This document shows, piece after piece, positions 38,295 to 51,917 of a stretch of 64,000 nt of DNA (positions within the stretch are counted from its first letter, which is position 1; every line of letters begins with the position of its first letter). The notes below the pieces were generated by a model, which saw nothing but the letters and a program-made list of their open reading frames with translations, searched no databases and was not told where the DNA came from. The stretch comes from Eledone cirrhosa. Its lineage: Eukaryota. A program made the position numbers and the translations under genes. Where the stretch lies: contig OZ024741.1 of NCBI GenBank assembly GCA_964016885.1, positions 368,838,001 through 368,902,000 of the forward strand, read 5' to 3'.

Positions 38295-41200
38295 CATACA
38301 TACATACATACACACATATATACACACATATATACACACACACACACACATAAAAATTGGTTACATTTAGGAAGCTGGTACAATGCAGATGGGTTTGTAA
38401 ATATTAAGGCAATAAAATTGGGTGAAGATGAGGTTGAGTGGTGAAGAGGAAGGAAAAAAAAGAAAACATGTTACCTTGGAAATATTAGTCACTATCAGAT
38501 GTATTGTAAAGAGGGTCGAAGGGAACCTCAGAGAATGTTGGAGAGGACCTTCCTATGCCTGTGTGGTACATCCGAAATACATAGACTAATAAATATTTCC
38601 AAGGTAATATCACCAGTTCATTTCTTTTTCTTCTTTCCTCTTCATCACTCAACCTCATCTGTTTCTTCATCAGATTTTGTTGTCTTAACCCTTTAGCATT
38701 TACATTACTTTATATATACTATTATATTTTCACATAATTATTTCACATAATATTGAATCTACGAGATTTTGATGTTATTTATTTTGAGAACAATACCTTA
38801 ACGTCAGTATGAGTGGCCAGTAAAAGCCGGTGTGAACAGAAAAAGGCGAGAGAATTATGTTCACATATGGCCACTTTAAATGCTAAAGGGTTAATATTTA
38901 TGACCTCACCTGCATTGTAGCAGTTTCCTAAACAACCAATTTTCATATTCCACAATGCTTTAACGAAACTGCAATACACACACACATACACAGGGAACAA
39001 AAGAAACTAAAGAAAACAAGTGTAGATATATATATATGTATGTATGTATCTATGTTTATGTTTATATATATATATTTATATATGTATGTGTGTGTTTATG
39101 TATGTATATGTATGTGTGTGCATTTGTATATATCATCATCATTTTACGTCTGCTTTTCCCTGCTTGCAAGGGTGGGACAGGAACTGATTCTGGCTTGATT
39201 TCTACAGCTGGATGCCCTTCCTAACACCAACCTCATTTACAGTGAGTGCTGGGTGCTTTTTTGCCGTGGCACCTCCACATCCACTTTGCAGTGGAATGAT
39301 AGGGACCTCAGTCCCTATCATCTCATTTCTACAGCTGAGTAAACTGGAGCAATGTGAAATAAAGTGTCTTGCTCAAGGAAACAACACATCACCCGGTCTG
39401 AGAATTGAACTCACAACCTTTCAATTGCAAGGCCAATGCTCTAACCACTAAGCCATGTGCCTCCCTATATATATGTCCAACCCATGCAAGCATAGAAAAG
39501 CAGACATGATGATGTGTTTGTATGTGTCTATGTTTTATGTCTATATCTGTATGTGTTTATGCCTGTACATGTGTGTGTTTATGTCCCTTAACTTTAAAAA
39601 AAAAAAAAGAAAAAAAAAAAAAGAAAGAAAATATTTACCAGGATTGAAAAAATAAGTACTGGCGTTGATATGATTGACTAAATCAAGGTGACACCCCAGC
39701 ATGGCCACAGTCCAATGACTGAAACCAGTAAAAGAATAAAAGAACAAACTAAAGATAGTTGACATATGTAGCTATGACTTACTCCTGCTAAAATTTCTGC
39801 ACTAATTGCTTCATGTTTTTTTAAAACTGCATCTGTTTCACTGGCGTTAGTGTTTTGTATTTCTTCATGTAAGACTTGGTTCATATCCACAAGCCACGAC
39901 TCACGAATGGAAGACTAAAAAAAAAAAAAGAACATTATTTCAAATATAAAGAGAGAACATCAACATGATTTTATGTCTATTTTCCATGCTTGTATGGGTT
40001 AGATGGGTTGTCATACTCTATGGTTAGACAAACAGGTCTAACGACTGTGCCTTGCTCATACATTCTATTTTGGCAAGGTTTCTATGGCTAGATGCTATTC
40101 TTAATGTCAACCACTTCACAGCATGTACTGTGTTCAATTTCTACTGGTACAACCACTTTACAGTATGGGCTAGGTGCATTTTATCATGGCACCAGTACAA
40201 CTACTTTGCAGTGTGGATTTATTTATTTATGTATTACTATTTTTGGGGGATGTGGGGGCACCAGCACAACCACTTTACTGGGTGCATTTTATCATGAAAC
40301 CAGCACTACTATTTTACTGTGTAGACTGGGTGTTTATGATTTTTGTGGCACCAACATTACCACTTTACAATGTGGGGCATGTTAAATTTGTTTTATGCTG
40401 GGTATTCTGAAATAATCTATTATATTAAAGCTATTTTACCTGTGTAAAATATGTCATACAGAAAGCGGGGGTGATAAAAGTGTGTGTGGGAGTTATAGAG
40501 AGAGAAAAAAAGTGAATGCTGTTCTTTTTAATCCCATGCTACAAGAAATCTTTATGGAAAGGGGATGGTAAAAGAATGAGGGTGAATTAAAAAAATATTT
40601 TGGATGATTATATTATATATAATTGATTAGCTCAAGGTATGATCAGTATTGATCGACCCCGACTCTAGAATTGATAGCTAATCAGACATATGGATTAATT
40701 AATTAAGGAATTGACAAGCCTGATAAACTATCGATAAATAATGATGCAATATTGATACTTCGTTCCTACCCATTATTATTATTATCACTGCTTAAGGATA
40801 CCAACTATAGAATACCATATCGACAACCAGACCCATATTGGTATTGAGTGCTCAAATTGGTGAACCAATAGTAACTAAACATTACATACCAATAAACTAT
40901 AAAAAGGGTAAAGATCCCCTTCAGTCACGAATGACCATAGGATTTGCACCTAGAAAGCTCTCCTCCAAAGTGCAAGTCCTGGCAAGGTTGTTTGTGGAAG
41001 ACCAGCAGTCATCCAGACATACTGGTCTCCCCTCTCCATGCCACCAATGTGCCTAAGGGAAATGCAAAGGCCAATACAGCTTGGCACTTGTGATGCTGCA
41101 ACTCATTTCTACAGCTGAGTAAACTGGAGCAATGTGAAATAAAGTGTCTTGCTCAAGAACACAATGCATCACCCAGTCTGAGAATCAAACTCACAACTTC

Positions 41201-44200
41201 ATGATTGCCAGCCCAATGCTCTAACCACTAAGCCAAACGCCTTCACACAATAAACTATATATATATAAGTTTGTTTTGAAACAGCGAGTGAGTTTGAAAA
41301 TAGAAATAGACGCTTTCACCGTATTTTGACTAAAGAAATTTTAGCCAGATAGTGGGGTTTTAGAGCCCTCTAAGAAAGGGAAAAAGATGAGTATTGCCGT
41401 AATAGTTTATATATATATATATATATATATTATGATGATGATGATTACCTGGTGGTTGCTTTTAATTAAGCCTCAAATGACAGTCTGAATGCATCACACA
41501 CTGCAATACATTGTGAAAGTTTCAATACATCTGACCTTTATTTTGATCTAATTCTAGACATTAACTAGCTCAGATTTTATGTTTCATATAATTTTTAATT
41601 TTGATCTTAGTATATTTATCCTTTTATTTATTGCTTGTAATCAGAAAAAATACAAGTAACATTCTTTACAACTATGAAGTTGATACAACACCAGTGATGG
41701 TATTCAGGTGTACAGGATTGACAGATGATAGAGATTCTGAGTGAGTAAAGAGAAAGTCTGGAGAGTGGGTAGCAGCAAGTTTTTTTTTTTTTAACACAGT
41801 AAAATAGCAGCATTGGTAGCGCATTATGGCACTTGTTCCAGCTCATTGCATTCTGAATTTTAATCCTGCCGAAGTCAACTTAATCTTTAGTCCTTTCAAA
41901 ATGGATAAAATATAATATCAGTCCATGACAGCAGTGGTTTGGCTGAACTATTAGAACACCTGATGAGATGCCTTGTGGTATCTGTTCCAGCACTCTGTAT
42001 TTAAATTCTGCTTAAGGATTTAAATCCCACTCCTGTTAAGTGTTAATTAATCATCCGACCACAGGACTAGAACTAATCATAAAAGAATGCTACAATGGGT
42101 GGAAAAGGATTGGGGCTATCTGTGACTAGTTGAATGATGATGAGTGGTAATAAAAATAGAAATCTAGTCAAATATTAAAATATCTTTAGTTTATTATCTA
42201 ATTATTAAAATCAGAACTGTACCTTTTGGTGAAATCGTTTAGCTAAACGTTCTAATCCATCTAGCCTGAAAATAAAACAGAAGATAGTCAAACCAATCAA
42301 ATTTCATTGTTATCTTCTCAAATAGATCAAAAACAGATCAAAAAGTTTTTTTTTTAAAAACCCTGTATATTAGTGACAGTGGTTTGACAGTGACAGATGT
42401 AGTGACAACTGGTTTAACAGTGACAGATGTAGTGACAACTGGTTTAACAGTGACAGATGTAGTGACTAGTTTAACAATGGTATATGTAGTGACAACTGGT
42501 TTAACTGACAGATGTAGTGACAACTGGTTTAACAGTGACAGATGTAGTGACAACTGGTTTAACAGTGACAGATGTAGTGACAACTGGTTTAACAGTGACA
42601 GATGTAGTGACAACTGGTTTAACAGTGACAGATGTAGTGACACAACTGGTTTAACAGTGACAGATGTAGTGACAACTGGTTTAACAGTGACAGATGTAGT
42701 GACAACTGGTTTAACAGTGACAGATGTAGTGACAACTGGTTTAACAGTGACAGATGTAGTGACACAACTGGTTAACAGTGACAGACAATATAAATACTTC
42801 AGCAAAAATGAAGATAAATTGTTTCATTAACCTTCTCAATTGATCTCTCAATACAATTTCACGGTCATGCTCAGCTTTCTCCAAATTAGTCCATGCTGTG
42901 TGAATGTCATGAACTAATTTTCCCTCAGGTGGTGTGTAGCCTTTTTGTCCATTTGCTTTCAGGTTAGCTTGGATATTGAAGAAAAGAACTTCAATGTGGC
43001 CTCTTTCTTGAAACCTTAGCAAAGATAAACAGATAAAGAGTAATTAAAAATGGATATTGGAGTATACAAGTTCAAATGATTAAATGAAAAATATTGTGTT
43101 ATGATAGGACTGGCGTTTCTATAATTAAAACATTCAAGAAACCACCTATGAGATACAAATCCCTTATAAGCTAAACCTACATAGGTTTCAGCTGTAACAA
43201 TAACAATGTGTTATGGACTTGTTTGATACTTTTAAATGAATCCCATATCTACATATACAATTAAAGTTTCGTTTTCTAAAGTACAGGACTTACTAATCTT
43301 TGTTAATCACACACACACACACACATTCCTGGACCATGATTTAGCGTACTGCATTTAATATAAGTAACATGATAAATTACTGTCACAGCCTATAGGCTTA
43401 CTAAACCTTACACTGAACTGACAAGGGAGCCTCTACACTTGAGCTGCTTCTAATAGCTGCTAAATGTTTTTAAAATCCCTATCAACTTGAAGTTGACATT
43501 GTATTTTGTAGCCCCTGATATACAAAATGATGGGATGATCACAACCGTAACAATTTCAATCATAAGTCTATTGGATCAAAGCTGACCCCAGGCTAAACAA
43601 TTTACTTTCATTCTGATTAAGGCAACAGCTTATTACAGATCATTTCCAAAAAACTCAAGTGCCTCACAAAATGAGGCATATAAAACTGTATAACATTTTT
43701 GTTTTACAAATATTTAATTACAAATAATTTTATACAGAAATAGTTAAATTAACATGAAGACTTAGTGGTTAGGGTGTTTGATTCACAAACAGAAGGACAT
43801 GAGTTTGATTTCCAGTGGTACATTGTGTCCTTGGGCAAGGCACATTATTTTACATTGCTCCAATTCACTCAACTGGCAAAAATGAGTTGTACATGTAATT
43901 CAAATAACCAGCCTTGTCACATACTGATTGCATCATCTGAATCTCCCTGAGAATTGTATTAAACATACACATGTCTATAGAATAATCAGTATGTTAATTC
44001 CATTGATGGAACAAGTGAAACACATCGAGATCAAGAGAAGTCTAACAGTTAAATTTTAAATGTATCCTAATCATCATTATCTCCCACTCCAACTTACACC
44101 CCAGCAGCTACTTCAATACTCTGCTGGTGTTGTGTAAGTGAATAAAATCATTAATACTGAACAATTCCTTCGTATTGAATTATGTACAATGGAGAAAGGT

Positions 44201-47200
44201 GCTGTGCATGAATGTTGGAATAGTTGTATAGTTAAGAAGTTCACTTAATAACTACATGGCACCATATTCCATGTCATTTCTCTTAACATCTAGTAGACCA
44301 ATACATTCTAAGTGGAATTTGGTAGATGATTACTGTATAAAAGCTTTGTGTATGTTTGTATTTTGGCAAAATATGTAAATTCTTTTTAAAAATAACTAAA
44401 TTGTTGTTTTTTAATGTGTTATTTCTTCTGCCCAAGCTGCTCAGACAATCTCTTGTCCTTCTTGCCATTGGAAATACAACAAACCAGTAATCAGTTTACT
44501 AGAAACCAATAACAAATGAGGTTTTTTATCACAAAATGCAGGTTTAAAAAATAGTTATAGAAACATTTTAAAGTGTGAATTGCTGAGAGCCAAAGCTAGG
44601 CAGCTAAAAAGAAAACTTGTAACAACAACTTACTTTACTATAATACTACCAAACTCCTCTTCACTCACTTTTACCTGCTCTCATCTGTATGACATTGATG
44701 ACTTTCTCATCAATGTCAATGAACTAAAATAGCTTTATTGGAAAAAAATAACTAGATTATAAATTTGGCTCAGTAGCTTACATTCTAAATTGCAACATTT
44801 GTCAAACATACATTGTCACAAACTTATTGCATTATTACACAATCTCCTCCATCTTACTGAAAGAAAAAGAGAAAACAACAACTTCGAAAGAGAAAATATT
44901 TGTGAGATCCCCTCTTCTCTATGTTATCCCTTTCTCATTTCTTCCTATCACTTCTACGAGCCAACACACTTCTAGCTGCTGATTTCTATCCTTTGAGGTA
45001 AATTTTACCTGATGCTGCCACTGACAGCATTTTGCTGTTTTAAAAGCTTCCTTGCACTGAGTTCTTCCAATTACTCTGAACTTTCTAAGATATTTAGGAA
45101 CAAAACCAAATGTAGTTTCACATTATCTAGGTTATTGACTTGGACATAAAAAAACTGTCATTCATAATCATTTATCCTTATCGTGATTTACATCCACTTT
45201 CTCTGTATGGGTTGGATGGATCATCACAGATTAGACACATCGGAGAACCACATCTCACTTCTACATTCTATTTTTGGCATAGTTTCTATGGATATTAGCC
45301 TTCCTGACACCAACAACTAAACAGAGTGTACTAGTTTCATTTTAACATGGCACCTGTACAAGAGAAGCTATCGCATCCTTGGCAGGATTGTAGGGTCCTC
45401 TCAACCCTGTCATTATTCTCAGAAATGAACCTACTTTGGTGGTTTCTCCACAGTTCGGTAATGTTTAAATTTTTGAAGCTCATTTTTAATACCCTCTTGT
45501 GAATTGGGAAAATTGCGGTCATTCAGTTGTTTAATCTTCTGTTTTATCCAGTCAAGCAGGTTGCTGGTGTAAGTCTCATAGTCTTTTTGATTTTTTTGTA
45601 AAGTGAGAACATTGTTAATAATCTGTAAAAGAGTACAGCATATATTTCATATTTACAATTTTAAAACTTGAATATATCATTTAATATAAAACAAATACAA
45701 AACTAGTTAACCATTTCACTACCAAATCACCTGAAACCACACCTGGTTCGATGATACAAAGCTGTGTATTTCAAAATGTTTATGTTAATCTAAAACCCTC
45801 CTACTAGGCCACATGCTTTCGTTGCTCTACTTTTGCTCCAGGTATTATTATGAAATTAACAAAATGTATCTTTTATACAAGTAAAAATAATAAAAAAAAT
45901 ATCTATTATTTTTATACTATGGATAGCAAAATACCTCACAATTTTAGTTATGTCCCTTTATATTCTGAGTATAAATTCAGTTGTGGTTCACTTTGTATTC
46001 CCTCTTTTACACCTGATAAAATAAGCATTTGTTAGGTATTGCGGGTCAATTTAATCAGAGGCTGGATTGCTGCAATGCACAGCAGCATCTTCTCAGTGGT
46101 CAAATTAAATGGCCACCTTTTGGAACTATTTCAGATCATGTGATTGGTCCATCAATGGTGCCCTTTTTCCTCCCTTCTGTACATATTAACTTTCAAGCCT
46201 TTACAAGCTGGAACTATTACAGGGCAGTCCGCTCAACCTGGGATGTGGAAGAGCTGTGTCGGCATATGTGGACAACATCAATGTGATGATGTTGAACACC
46301 ACAGAGTCCATAGTGAAGATTGCCCCATCACCTTTTGGCTGGGAAGGGCAAGCAGTTTTCTTCTGCTTGGTGGCAGTAGTGAAAGAGGTTGTACGGTGGA
46401 CAAGACTGAAGACAGACACTTTCCTCTTCAGCTAATCCCTCAACCTTTTCAAGTTTCACTTGGAAAGGAAAGTGCTGCCCTCTAGTACATTTGTTAACAG
46501 GATGGTGAATTGGCAGTATCGGTAGAGTCGGACAACATGCTTTGCAGCATAGAGTTACGGCCCGAATTCAAATACCGCTGAGGTTAACTTTGCCTTTTGT
46601 CCTTACGGGGTCGATAAAATAAAGGACCAGTAATGTACTGAGATCGATTTAATCAACTTTCTCCCCCCCCCCCCCAAATTACTGGTCTTATGCCTATACT
46701 AGAAATCAGTATCGGTAGAGGGTTGGACGCCATGCTTTGCAGCATATAGTTACGGCTCTTTATGATCCGAGTTCAAATCCCGCCGAGGTTAACTTTGCCT
46801 TTCATCCTTACGGGGTCGATAAAATGAAGTACCACTCATGCACTGGGGTAATTGCTGGCCTTGTGCCAAAAGTAGAAACAATTATTATTATTATTATTAT
46901 TATTCACTTCTACATCTACTTTTCCATGCTGGTATGAGTGAGGCAAACTTTTTTTAGGCAGGTTTCTATAGCCAGAATCCTTTTCTGATGATCTATTCTT
47001 TGTTTAATAAGGATGGTATATATTGCTCATTTTCATGGAAAGTATTATTTACACAGGATATAAACAAATGTTACCAGCAGCGTTAAAAGTTGTCAATATT
47101 AAGACATATGCATTAAACTAACACATGCACACACACAAACCCACTTCTTTGTAGTTTCACTCACAAAGTTGCAATAGAAAACATGGTAGATTGGTAGTGT

Positions 47201-50200
47201 CAGAAGAGCGTCGGCCAACATGCTTCGCGGCATAGAGTTACGTCCCTTTACGTTATAAGTTCAAATCCCGCCATGGTTAGCTTTGCCTTTCATCCTTACA
47301 GGGTTGATAAAATAAAGCACCAGTAATGCACTGGGGTCGATTTAATCAACTTTCCCCTCCCCCCAAATTACTGTCCTTGTGCCTATAATAGAAATCATTA
47401 ATATTATGATTATAAATATATAAGCCATTTCCAGTTTACTAAAAGTGGTATTCTAATGAAAAATATATTACCATCATTAAAAAGAAAAAAATCCCTCCAA
47501 TACTGAGAAAAAGGTTAGAATTATTATTGAATATTTAATTCAAACATTTTACCTTGGAAATTCTTTTACCGCCTGTTAATTCAGACTTTAATTTGGCAAA
47601 GTAATGGTAATATGCTGACACATAAGTCAAGATTACTTTTTCATCAGGTTTAGGGACATCAACATCTGGAAAACAAGCCATACAAAAAAGAATAGTAACT
47701 TTTTGATATTCATGAATCTTTGTTTGGTTGTTGTGATAATCTCACCTTGATTTAACCCTTTAGCATTTACTTTACTATATATATACTATTATAATTTTAT
47801 GGTAAAAGCTTTACCTCACATAATATCAAATCTATGAGATTTTGATATCTATTTTGAGAACCTTAACATCAATTTGAGCAGCTGGTTGCAGCCAGTTTGA
47901 ACAGAAAGAGGTGAGAGAATTCTGGCCAGTTTAAATATTGTAAAATGAGTAACTTACTTAAAATTAGGTTGAAAATAGAAAGATTATCATGTGTACGATT
48001 GTTCAACACTTGGTTGTCATAGTAACTAATATTTCTTCACCCTCTTATTCTTGAGAGGGTTGTTGGGACAAAGTCCTCAGACACCTTCCAGAAAATCCTA
48101 TCAGAGGCAACCATCTCCAAGTGAGACCAGCCGAGCTCATGGATTTTACCCAACCATCTTGCTCATGATCTACCTCAGGGTCTCATGGTTGGCTTTGCTC
48201 ATAAAATATGTCCAGCAATTCCTTCCTTAGACATGCTAACCAAATGTCCATAGTATTGGAACTATGACCCCATGATTCAGAGAAGTAGTGGTTCTATCTT
48301 GAGCGACTTCCTGATCTCCAAGCTATACCCTTATCGAGTAACATTACTCCAAAGACCCTTCCTTTGGAGAAACCCCAATGCATTTCATTAAATATGTCTT
48401 AGGGTCTAAATTCACAAATCATGTTTGGAATTGTGTACTAACCTTTTAGATGATACACAAACATTTTAAAGTCCCCTTCCCTTCTAAAGCAGGGGCTAGC
48501 CTTGAGAGTTCCATGACAAGCTTCTCCACTTTGCCTTATTGGCTATATACCTTTGTCAGAGAATGCTAACATGATATTTTTAGTTCTCACTTTACTATTT
48601 GTTTTTCATGCAGGGATTGTTCCTGGGCATTCTCACCTGCCTTTTTAAATTGTCCCATCATTCAGTTTATTCACTAAAATTTTATATTTATTTCCAAAAT
48701 CATCTTAGGTCTTCTATTAATGGTTAGACTGTTTTACTGATGCAGTCTAATAATACTGAAACATGTCCACAGTTGTCACAATTGCTAAAGGTCACTTCAC
48801 TGCATTGCAGTTTTAATTTATCTATATTCTGAGGATGTCTGCCTTGTTTTTCTTGACTAGAATTAATCACTATATTTTCTCCTTACTACATTAAATATGT
48901 TTAAACCAACTTTACTATCTACCCATGAGAACTTGTTAGTTATACACTAGCTCTACCCAAACTATTTTACTAAACTGTTGTTTTACTTCTCAACACCAAT
49001 GTGTTTCTTCAAAATATGAAGGAAAATTATTCAAATAAAAAAAAATTGAAAACATATAGACAAGAAATATCTTTCCTAGTGTGAAGTAATCCTGTCATCA
49101 GATTGCAAGCAATCACTTAGGTAAACCCCATAGGTTCAGTACCCAAGATATAATATGCATGCATACATGGTCCCATCATCCCTGAGGGAGTCATAGGGGC
49201 ACCATATTAACATTCAACATTTCTTGGGCATTTTAAACCTAGTGGAACCTAATCTTCTCCAGGTCAAGATATAATATAATCTCTTGCTAACTTTCAAAAG
49301 TGATGTAACAAAATTATATTAAGAGCTCAAAGTTACAAATATTTCTAACCTTCAGCATCCAACATTTGAGGGATGCCCATGTTTTTTGCCACAGTAAATG
49401 CATTGTTGAGATTTGGAATGTGTTCAGAAGGAATTAGTTCTTCATAGGCAATCAGTTCAGGACTGGAAAATAGAAAAAGAGTAAAGTGGATGAAAATGAG
49501 ATTAAGAATGCAAAGAAAAAATGTACAAATAACAATTATTATTGTTCATGAATACTCCCTGATATTTGATTGCTATATTATGCCATTACTTATAAATTCC
49601 CTTATAACTTCAAAATTATTCATTTTTAATCTTGCAGGGTACAAAGCAACATCACTAATGCTGATACCATGACAAAACTGTGCCCAGTGTCTTCTGTGAA
49701 GCTGTTGGCAAAGTAGAGAGGACTCTTAAGTATTTCCAAGGACATGAAAAAACCTCTCTTATGCTGTTGCCATGGTAAAATGCACCCAATACATTGTGAA
49801 ACGGTTGGTGTTAGGAAGGGCAACCAAACTGTAGAAATCAAATCCAAAATGAAATACACAAGTGAGACTTGGCTCCCAATCGATGAGAATAGTAACTCTG
49901 AATAAGAAATGACTAAGTTTGTAACAACTGATCAAAGTCATGCTAACATAGAAGCTGGATATAAAGTGATGTTGAAATGATGATATGAAGTTTATATTTA
50001 TAGGAAAGAAAGACATGAAATTACAATATTAATGGCCATTTTTAACTGGTTTAAATTATAATACATGAGACATCATTCATCATGGAGTCATTAATTCATT
50101 ATATTTCCATATAAATAAATGTTTGTGTAAATGTGGTTGGTGTTATGAACAGCCTCCAGCCGTAGAAACCAAGCCAGAAACAGTTCTGTGTGAGCAAGAC

Positions 50201-51878
50201 TTAGTCACCTCATCTAACTTGGAATAACTCGTCTAACTCATGCACGCATGGAAAAATGGCTGTTAAACAGTGATGATGAATTCAAATATATTTCAAGGAT
50301 TTGACTATGTTGAAGTCATCATTTATCAAACTTGCTAATGAAATCTGTTCTAGTCAAAGCAAAGATAATTAATGTACAGTTTAAGACGGAACATAACATT
50401 GTTTAACTAATTATTTGTAAATATTAATTTCTCCAGTTATCACAAGACATCTAACTTTAAAAGAGGTTTAAAATGAAACAGGTACTGATTTTATTCCTCA
50501 AATAGTTTTATTTATAAAAAGAAACAAGTTTACCGATGAGCGTGAATAAGAGCATTAAAACCAAGGCCATTGCGCCAAGAGGAGGTGAAATTTTCAATGT
50601 GTACACCTGGATATCTGTAAATAAAATAGATTACATTTAACATGATATAATATAATACAATGTTGTAATCATAACAATTACAACTTTATTCTAATGTCAG
50701 AGAAATACTTGTATATCTAAATTGACTGAGAAGAAAATCATATAAATCAGTTTTAGTTACATTTCACTTTCAGATTATTGTATCACAGCTTCAACATCAT
50801 CAGGAATAAATAGCCTATTCCTGAATGTATGTGTTGCATTGGAAACAATTTGACCATAACATTCTAGATATAACACATCTTCAACACTTCTTTAACCCTT
50901 TGAGTACCAACCCACCAACAGCTGCTTGTATTTCTATTAAATAAAACTGCCCATATTTAAATTAGAATCTTCCAACATAATTTGATATAGAAACCTTTTG
51001 CTAGGTTATATTACAAACATAATAATGAAATAATTTGAATAAATCCCTTCAAATTCTTTATTAAATAATTGAAATAGTGTTTTTCATTAGAAATATTGTA
51101 ATGAAAGGTTAAAGCTATCTGTTAAAGCTTAGCATTAAACTAGCCTTAACAGATATTCCTACAGTATAAGAGTCAGAGAAAAATGAAGTTCCACAGTCAA
51201 ATCAATCCTAGCATTTCCTGAGAGATATTCATATTTCAGCAAAATACTTTAATTTATGTTGCCCTTCTGCCAGGAATTGCAACCGACAGAATTATATCAG
51301 AGATAGAAAGACAATTGGAAAGGTTTCATTGGTCTGATCTGATGATAAGCTCCTTTGCTGTAAGGCTTCCAGAAATTGAGAAGAACTAAGTATTTACTTT
51401 GAAAATTCTTACCCATCTGTTTTTCTTTGACACCAAAGTAATAATGCCTCCTTAGCAGATTTCTTTTCACGGTCTCCCTCATCATCTCCCTGAACAGACA
51501 ACAGAGGAAAAAATAAATAGACAATTGTGGTTATTTTATTTAGACACAATTATCATAGCATTGGGAATAGCAAATAAAAATCTACGAACTACGAGGTAAT
51601 GATAATATATATATATATAGTAATATATATATATATATATATATATTACTAAGGATAAATAGACGATGACTGTGAGAAGCAGGCGAAACTCTAGAACAAC
51701 AAGACTCATTATTTAACCATAATGAGATGAATATTTAAACACTACTTCGGTATTGAGTACTCTTTTCTCTCAACCGCCAACTACACACACACACATATAT
51801 ATATATACACACACATAGCTCTGTTCATAGAGCACTCTTTTTCCTTTACCTTTTCCACGGAAATACTTAACACACACG

Positions 51879-51917
<39 letters not shown>

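Noticed and set aside
42338-42830. Thr/Val-rich mucin-like ORFs
   Set aside because: Translations of the 30-bp minisatellite inside a spectrin intron.
46201-46419. Gypsy integrase-like motif on minus ([12 protein letters not shown])
   Set aside because: The plus strand gives a better L1/Tx1 RT match (QxCPxS..SAYVDN).
51655-51700. Hammerhead-ribozyme-like motif TAGACGATGACTG..CAGGCGAAAC
   Set aside because: The catalytic core CUGANGA is not intact and stems I/III could not be identified.
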